DNA of 44,209 nt, from the NCBI GenBank assembly GCA_037134015.1, contig JBAXNB010000001.1:1-44209 (forward strand), in the 5' to 3' direction. The DNA comes from Betaproteobacteria bacterium. GTDB taxonomy: Bacteria > Pseudomonadota > Gammaproteobacteria > Burkholderiales > Burkholderiaceae_C. Position numbers and translations under genes: made by a program. Position 1 is the stretch's first letter; each line of letters begins with the position of its first letter. The notes under the pieces were generated by a model. The model saw only the letters and a program-made list of their open reading frames with translations, had not been told where the DNA came from and ran no database searches. Positions 38,158 to 44,209 of the stretch are shown here, piece after piece.

Positions 38158-39354
38158 ATGAACTTTCTACGCTTTACTGAACTTTGTCAAAAAGGGCTTA
38201 TCAAGGGTCAACGTGTTTTTATCCGTGCTGATTTAAATGTCCCGCAAGATGACCATGGAGACATCACAGATGACACCCGCATTCGTGCTTCACTGCCTTG
38301 CATTCAATTGGCCTTGGATGCTGGCGCTGCGGTCATGGTCACCAGCCACTTGGGACGTCCTCAAGAGGGCATTTGGACACCCAAAGACTCCCTCTCACCC
38401 GTCGCCAAAAGACTGACTGAACTTCTTCATCGCCCTGTTGCTTTGGTCAAAGATTGGATCGAGGGCGTTCAATTGAACAAGGGCGAGATCGTTTTGCTTG
38501 AAAACTGCCGCTTCAACATTGGAGAAAAGGCCAACAATGCCGCTCTTTCGCAAAAAATGGCCCAACTGTGCGATATCTATGTGCACGATGCTTTTGGTAC
38601 AGCTCACCGTGCAGAATGCAGCACCTATGGCATTGCACAATATGCCAAGATCGCTTGTGCAGGCCCATTGCTTGCCGCTGAAATTGAAGCGATTTCAAAG
38701 GCCTTTACCTCACCACAAAGGCCCCTTGCCGCAATCGTTGCAGGCTCCAAAGTCTCTACAAAGTTGACCATCCTCAAGTCCTTGTCCTCCAAGGTGGATC
38801 AATTGATCGTTGGTGGTGGCATTGCCAACACCTTCATGATGGCCAGTGGATTACCTATTGGGAAAAGTTTGTGTGAGCCCGACTTGTTGGAAGAAGCCAG
38901 ACAAGTCATTCGAGACATGAAAGAGCGAGGTGCTGATGTGCCTTTACCAAGCGACGTGGTCGTGGCCACCTCTTTTTCACCCGAAGCCAAGGCCATCATC
39001 AAGCAGTCGCAAGATGTCAAACCCGATGAGCTGATTTTAGATATTGGCCCGCAAAGTACTGCACACTTGTCCGCACAGCTTTTAAAAGCCGGCACCATCG
39101 TTTGGAATGGCCCTGTTGGTGTCTTTGAGTTTGAACCCTTTTCCCACGGCACTCAAGGCGTGGCACAAGCCATTGCGAAGTCCAAGGCGTTCAGTTTGGC
39201 TGGAGGAGGAGACACTTTAGCCGCCATTTCTAAATACGGGCTGACCGAGCAAATAGACTACATATCGACCGGTGGAGGTGCTTTTTTAGAGGTCTTAGAA
39301 GGCAAGACCCTTCCTGCTTTTGAAATCTTATCAAAACGGGCACAAAACGCTTGA
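38158..39354 (+). CDS. pgk: Phosphoglycerate kinase
   Basis: [41 protein letters not shown]. Confidence 0.98.
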   Translation: MNFLRFTELCQKGLIKGQRVFIRADLNVPQDDHGDITDDTRIRASLPCIQLALDAGAAVMVTSHLGRPQEGIWTPKDSLSPVAKRLTELLHRPVALVKDWIEGVQLNKGEIVLLENCRFNIGEKANNAALSQKMAQLCDIYVHDAFGTAHRAECSTYGIAQYAKIACAGPLLAAEIEAISKAFTSPQRPLAAIVAGSKVSTKLTILKSLSSKVDQLIVGGGIANTFMMASGLPIGKSLCEPDLLEEARQVIRDMKERGADVPLPSDVVVATSFSPEAKAIIKQSQDVKPDELILDIGPQSTAHLSAQLLKAGTIVWNGPVGVFEFEPFSHGTQGVAQAIAKSKAFSLAGGGDTLAAISKYGLTEQIDYISTGGGAFLEVLEGKTLPAFEILSKRAQNA

Positions 39355-39413
39355 AAGCTAAAAAACGCCGATCACAAGGCCAAAGACTGCCTACGCGAAC
39401 ACTTTAAAAGAGT

Positions 39414-40514
39414 TCAAGCAGGCAAGGGCGTGGCCGTAGACGTTGCGTGTCCTTGGTAGTCGGTCCAGCACCTTTGTGTGAAGTCATACAACTTACAACT
39501 TTTGGCGGTCTCAAAATACCACGCCCAGGAAAAGGGTTGCACAATAATTCTCTCAGGCAACATCGTCTCCAGTTTGGATTGTGCTGACTTTAGTTTGTAC
39601 AAAGGGATGCTCATGTCCACGTGATGAGCCGTGTGCTCCATGATGTGATGCATCAGCGCACCGATCTTGAACGGGAACGTCAAATGAACGGTCGTTGAGA
39701 CAAACGGCTGGGCCTTGGACCATGCAGCCCGCTCGTCATGCCAAGATACCTTGACATGTGTGTGGTGAACATACACCACAAATCCAATCATCGCACACCA
39801 AAAAAGAAATGGGATCAAAACAAAAAACACGCCCAAAACCCAAACAGATTGTTCCGTGGCCTGTGCCAATACATACAAGGCTCCGAGCCACGCCAATCCA
39901 AAGGCACTCACCAACAAATTGTCTTTGATAAAAATAGGCCTTCTGGTTGGCATGTTCTCTTTGTTGGGAAAGAACATTTTGTTCCACCAAATTTCAATCA
40001 TGTAATACAAGCCAGGCGCCCAGCCACTTCGGTAGACTTTGTCGAGGAGCTTTTGCACGGGTCCCAAGGCTTGAAATTCATCTTTGGTCAAGGGCGCCCA
40101 GACAAAATCAAAACCCTTCAGATTGGTGTACCCGTGGTGAACCACGTTGTGCCCAATGTCCCATAGACTGTAAGGCGTCAACGAAGGTAAGAAAGCAATG
40201 CGACCAATCCACTTGTTCAAAGTGCGATGCGGCGTCAAACTTTGATGGCAAGCATCATGCCCAATGATGAACAACCGCCCAATGGTAAAACCCGCCCCAA
40301 CTGCGCAGACCAATTTGGCCCACCAGGCTTGGAAAACAATCGTTCCGGCCAGAAACAAGCCCCAAACGCAAAAGTCCAAAATCAATAGGAAAATGGCTGT
40401 CAACGTTGTGCGCTCGGACAATGGAACAAGCCACTCCCGAATCACCTTGCGGTGGGGCATGGGCTGGTCAACAGGGATTGGGGTTTCTATGGTTTTCATC
40501 GATAAAGAGGTCAT
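39414..40514 (-). CDS. Membrane fatty acid desaturase (Delta12/omega-6-like His-box family)
   Basis: His boxes HDACH, HNVVHH and HTAHH (plus HHTH), IPLYKL, and TM segments. Confidence 0.9.
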   Translation of the reverse strand: MTSLSMKTIETPIPVDQPMPHRKVIREWLVPLSERTTLTAIFLLILDFCVWGLFLAGTIVFQAWWAKLVCAVGAGFTIGRLFIIGHDACHQSLTPHRTLNKWIGRIAFLPSLTPYSLWDIGHNVVHHGYTNLKGFDFVWAPLTKDEFQALGPVQKLLDKVYRSGWAPGLYYMIEIWWNKMFFPNKENMPTRRPIFIKDNLLVSAFGLAWLGALYVLAQATEQSVWVLGVFFVLIPFLFWCAMIGFVVYVHHTHVKVSWHDERAAWSKAQPFVSTTVHLTFPFKIGALMHHIMEHTAHHVDMSIPLYKLKSAQSKLETMLPERIIVQPFSWAWYFETAKSCKLYDFTQRCWTDYQGHATSTATPLPA

Positions 40515-40951
40515 GTCTGCAAAGCAAAACTTGGTCTTTTGGCAGGAGTTACATGCACAAACGGCCAGCGCGCTGAAGCATCAAATTACATACAAATGTT
40601 CTTGATTTGAAAAGCAAAAATTTACCTAAGCTTTTATTTCACTCAGCATTATCCCCTCTACAAAGAAATTCCCAAAATGTCTTTTTCCAAATGACTTCGT
40701 ACAAAAAGGCTTTTACCTTTTTTATGTAGTACTTTTCTATTATCCTTGTCGCATTTGCGTTCCATGCAGCCATCCATCGCTGCTTTCACTCTCTTTTTTT
40801 AAGGCGCCCAAGGCGCAAAACTCAAGTTTTCATTGGTTTTTAAGTTTCCGCCCGCGCTTGGTTCATTCGACAAGGCCTAATTTTTGAAAATCTGGCTCAT
40901 ACCCTTGGGCAGTCCTGTATCACCCCAAGCTTTCATGGGACAATCACAGGC

Positions 40952-42403
40952 ATGTCTATACCTAAAAATTCTCTTTTGCGGGCCACTAAAATTGTTGCAA
41001 CTTTAGGCCCCGCATCAAACACACCGCAAATGCTTGAGGCCATGTTCAAAGCAGGGGTCAATGTGGTTCGCTTGAACTTTTCTCACGGAACGGCTCAAGA
41101 CCATGTCGAACGCGCCCGCATGGTTCGTGAAGCGGCAAGCCAAGCTGGCGTTGAAGTCGCCATCATGGCCGACCTACAAGGACCCAAGATTCGTGTTGGT
41201 AAGTTTGAACAAGGCCGCGTCCATCTGGGCAACTCAAAAGCTTTCATCCTCGACGCTTCTCGTGAAACTTTGGGCGATGAAAACGGAGTGGGCCTCGACT
41301 ACAAAGAGCTGCCCCGAGATGTCAAACCCGCAGACATCTTGCTCTTGAACGATGGCCTGATTGTTTTAGAAGTGACCCATGTCAAAGGTGAGCAAGTCCA
41401 CACCAAAGTGATCGTTGGGGGAGAATTGTCCAACAACAAAGGCATCAACAAAAAAGGTGGGGGCCTGACCGCTCCAGCCCTGACGGCCAAAGACATGGAG
41501 GACATTAAAACTGCAATGAGTTTTCAAGCCGATTACTTGGCGGTGAGCTTTCCTAAAAACTCCACCGACATGGAGCTTGCCAGACAACTTGCCAATGTAG
41601 CGGCTGCGCCGTTCAAACACAAACCAGGCTTGATCGCTAAAATTGAACGGGCTGAAGCTATTCCACACTTAGAGGACATTTTAAAATCCAGCGATGGCAT
41701 CATGGTCGCTCGCGGCGACTTGGCGGTGGAGGTTGGCAACGCTGCCGTTCCCGCACTTCAAAAACACATGATTCGCCTTGCCCGTGCACACGACAAAATT
41801 GTCATCACGGCTACGCAAATGATGGAAAGCATGATCACCAACCCTGTGCCTACACGCGCTGAGGTGAGTGATGTCGCCAACGCGGTTCTGGATGGCACGG
41901 ATGCAGTGATGCTCAGTGCAGAAACCGCCGCGGGTAAATTTCCCTTAGAAACCGTCACTGAAATGGCGCAAATTTGCCTGGCTGCTGAATCTGCAGAACA
42001 AGTTGAATTGGACGCAGATTTTTCCGGAAAAACCTTCCAACGCATTGACCAAACCATCGCCATGGGTGCCCTTTTTACAGCTCACCATCTAGGCGCCAAA
42101 GCTTTGGTTGCACTCACCGATTCTGGATCTACCCCACTTTGGATGAGCCGGCACCGCATCCATATTCCTATCTATGCTCTGACGAGCAAGTTGAGCACCC
42201 AGCGCAAAATGGCACTGTACAGAAACGTCACGCCTTTGCTCATGGACACCAGCGCTGATCGCGATACGGCACTCACCCAAGCAGAAGGGCACCTCAAATC
42301 AAAACACATTGTCAACTCCGGCGACATTTATGCCATCACCTGCGGCGAACCTATGGGCTCACCTGGAGGCACCAACATGCTAAAAATCTGCCAGGTGAGT
42401 TGA
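40952..42403 (+). CDS. pyk: Pyruvate kinase
   Basis: TKIVATLGPAS, RLNFSHG, DLQGPKIR, IMVARGDL, ATQMMESM, PTRAEVSD. Confidence 0.98.
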   Translation: MSIPKNSLLRATKIVATLGPASNTPQMLEAMFKAGVNVVRLNFSHGTAQDHVERARMVREAASQAGVEVAIMADLQGPKIRVGKFEQGRVHLGNSKAFILDASRETLGDENGVGLDYKELPRDVKPADILLLNDGLIVLEVTHVKGEQVHTKVIVGGELSNNKGINKKGGGLTAPALTAKDMEDIKTAMSFQADYLAVSFPKNSTDMELARQLANVAAAPFKHKPGLIAKIERAEAIPHLEDILKSSDGIMVARGDLAVEVGNAAVPALQKHMIRLARAHDKIVITATQMMESMITNPVPTRAEVSDVANAVLDGTDAVMLSAETAAGKFPLETVTEMAQICLAAESAEQVELDADFSGKTFQRIDQTIAMGALFTAHHLGAKALVALTDSGSTPLWMSRHRIHIPIYALTSKLSTQRKMALYRNVTPLLMDTSADRDTALTQAEGHLKSKHIVNSGDIYAITCGEPMGSPGGTNMLKICQVS

Positions 42404-42451
42404 ACCTTCTCGGTTAAAATCTTTGTTATTCAATTTCTCTAGGACTTCTTT

Positions 42452-43516
42452 ATGGCTATCGTCTCCATGCGTGAACTTCTCGATCATGCCGCAGAAAACG
42501 GCTATGGCTTGCCCGCTTTCAATGTCAATAACCTTGAACAAGTTCAAGCCATCATGGAAGCGGCCGATGAAACTGGCTCTCCCGTGATCATGCAAGCCAG
42601 TGCTGGCGCTCGAAAATATGCGGGCGAAATTTTTCTAAAAAAACTCATCCAAGCAGCCATCGAGTCTTACCCCCATATTCCTGTGGTCATGCATCAAGAT
42701 CACGGCCAAAGTCCTGCTGTCTGTCAAGGCGCCATTGATCTGGGGTTTTCCTCCGTCATGATGGATGGCAGCTTGATGGAAGATGGAAAAACCATCGCCT
42801 CTTACGAGTACAACTTGGAGGTGACCAAAAAAGTGGTTCAAATGGCCCACAAACTTGGCATCACCGTCGAGGGCGAGTTAGGCTGCCTGGGTTCACTAGA
42901 AACTCTCAAGGGAGACCAAGAGGACGGCCATGGCTCAGAAGATGTGTTGACCCGTGAACAATTGCTCACCGACCCCGAGCAAGCTGCCGACTTTGTCAAA
43001 AGGACACAGTTGGATGCATTGGCGATTGCCATCGGGACGAGCCATGGTGCATACAAATTCTCACGCATGCCCACCGGAGACATTTTGGCCATTGATCGCA
43101 TCAAACAAATTCATGCGCGCATTCCAAATACACATTTGGTCATGCACGGCAGCTCTAGCGTGCCGCAAGACCTCCTCAGCAAGATACGCGAGTTTGGTGG
43201 CGAGATGAAGGAGACCTATGGCGTTCCTGTTGCCGAGATTCAACACGCCATCAAGTTTGGTGTTCGCAAAATCAATATCGACACAGACATCCGTTTGGCC
43301 ATGACTGCTGCTGTTCGCGAGTTCATGGCTAAAAACCCTAGCAAATTCGATCCCCGTGAGTTTTTAAAACCCGCCAAACTTGCCGCAAAAGCCATCTGCA
43401 AAGAACGCTACATTCAGTTCGGTTGCGAGGGTCAGGGCTCCAAAATCAGAGGTGAGTCCTTGCTGTTTGTCGCAGCCAAGTACAGCAGTGGTCACTTGTC
43501 TCAAGTGGTCGCATAA
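42452..43516 (+). CDS. fba: Class II fructose-bisphosphate aldolase
   Basis: [49 protein letters not shown]. Confidence 0.98.
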   Translation: MAIVSMRELLDHAAENGYGLPAFNVNNLEQVQAIMEAADETGSPVIMQASAGARKYAGEIFLKKLIQAAIESYPHIPVVMHQDHGQSPAVCQGAIDLGFSSVMMDGSLMEDGKTIASYEYNLEVTKKVVQMAHKLGITVEGELGCLGSLETLKGDQEDGHGSEDVLTREQLLTDPEQAADFVKRTQLDALAIAIGTSHGAYKFSRMPTGDILAIDRIKQIHARIPNTHLVMHGSSSVPQDLLSKIREFGGEMKETYGVPVAEIQHAIKFGVRKINIDTDIRLAMTAAVREFMAKNPSKFDPREFLKPAKLAAKAICKERYIQFGCEGQGSKIRGESLLFVAAKYSSGHLSQVVA

Positions 43517-43546
43517 AGAGCCGGCTTTGCCCCGCCTCCCTTTTTC

Positions 43547-43576
43547 AGAGCTCTAGATTTTCTAGGGCTCTTTTTT
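43547..43576 (+). terminator. Intrinsic terminator after fba
   Basis: GAGCTCTAGA-TTT-TCTAGGGCTC stem (one G-U pair) followed by TTTTTT. Confidence 0.82.
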
Positions 43577-43603
43577 ATTGCAATACAAATGGAGTGGATC
43601 AGC

Positions 43604-44182
43604 ATGCAACCCCTTTTTTCTTCAAGCATCACATCCCTGCCTCTCTTGGCTCAAGGAAAGGTTCGGGACAACTACGCTGTGGGCGAGGACAAAATATTGA
43701 TGCTTGCAACCGACAGAATCTCTGCCTTCGATGTCGTCATGGGTGAGCCTATTCCTGGCAAAGGGGTCTTGCTGACTCAAATGGCCCTCTTTTGGTTTGA
43801 CAAGCTGTCAGACCTGTGTCCCAACCACCTCACCCACGAGGCGCCTGAGTCCGTCGTACGTGTCGAGGAGTACGATCAAGTTTCACAGCGTTCGATGCTG
43901 GTTCAACGCTTAAAACCCCTTCCCATCGAGGCGGTGGTGAGAGGCTACCTTGCTGGAAGCGCTTGGAGCGAGTACCAAACCCAACAAAGCGCTTGCGGCA
44001 TTGCTCTACCCAAAGGTCTTCAAAATGCGAGTGAGCTAGAACAACCCATTTTTACACCAGCCACCAAAGCAGCCGTCGGCGAGCACGATGAAAACATCAG
44101 CTTTGAACAAACTGTTGCCTTGTTGGGGTCTTCCTTGGCCCATCAAATTCGCGACCTTAGCCTTGCGTTGTACTCAAAAGCC
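43604..44182 (+). CDS. purC: SAICAR synthetase, 3'-partial (cut by the terminal fold-back)
   Basis: GKVRDNY, ATDRISAFDV, IPGKG, EAVVRGYL.GS, PIFTPATKA, HDENISF. The ADTKFEFG region is absent. GGAG SD before ATG 43604. Confidence 0.93.
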
Positions 44183-44209
44183 GGCTTTTGAGTACAACGC
44201 AAGGCTAAG
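44156..44209. repeat. Perfect 54-bp palindrome (27+27, no loop) at the window end
   Basis: 44183-44209 (GGCTTTTGAGTACAACGCAAGGCTAAG) is the exact reverse complement of 44156-44182 (CTTAGCCTTGCGTTGTACTCAAAAGCC). Confidence 0.97.

Noticed and set aside
42452-43516. Calvin-cycle operon suggested by the CbbA-like aldolase
   Set aside because: This aldolase type is the standard housekeeping form in Burkholderiales, and no RuBisCO or phosphoribulokinase gene is in the window.
43589-44191. purC as a naturally truncated pseudogene
   Set aside because: Its stop codon lies within the terminal mirrored arm and is best explained as an artefact.
1-44209. CRISPR arrays, tRNA/rRNA genes, IS elements, defence systems
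   Set aside because: Reading all the intergenic regions showed no regularly spaced repeats or tRNA-like folds, and no ORF has transposase or nuclease motifs. An Rfam or tRNAscan run would be needed to exclude small RNAs fully.

Overview
Chromosomal fragment of a Burkholderiales (Comamonadaceae-like) betaproteobacterium with unusually low GC for that group. It is mostly housekeeping genes: a 3'-truncated topoisomerase III divergent from a SET-domain methyltransferase and birA; a two-component pair; marR, recA (with a LexA box), recX; argC; sucCD; TerC; moaC; an M48 protease; purB; GST; a GPx-led lipid-modification operon resembling furan-fatty-acid clusters but lacking the methyltransferase; rfaE2; glnE; yhdP; mltA; yajC-secDF; smg; def-fmt; pgk; a fatty acid desaturase; pyk; fba; and a partial purC. 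I found no rRNA, tRNA, CRISPR array, IS or prophage. The clearest anomalies are: (1) an in-frame TAA inside sucD, (2) a perfect 54-bp fold-back palindrome at the right end that truncates purC (likely an amplification or assembly artefact), (3) an unannotated 47-aa membrane-protein ORF whose start codon overlaps that of mltA, and (4) an AT-rich trough that includes core genes. The best candidate for an under-described system is the Topo III lysine-rich tail / SET / BirA locus. All family and synteny calls come from motif recognition and recall, not from database searches.
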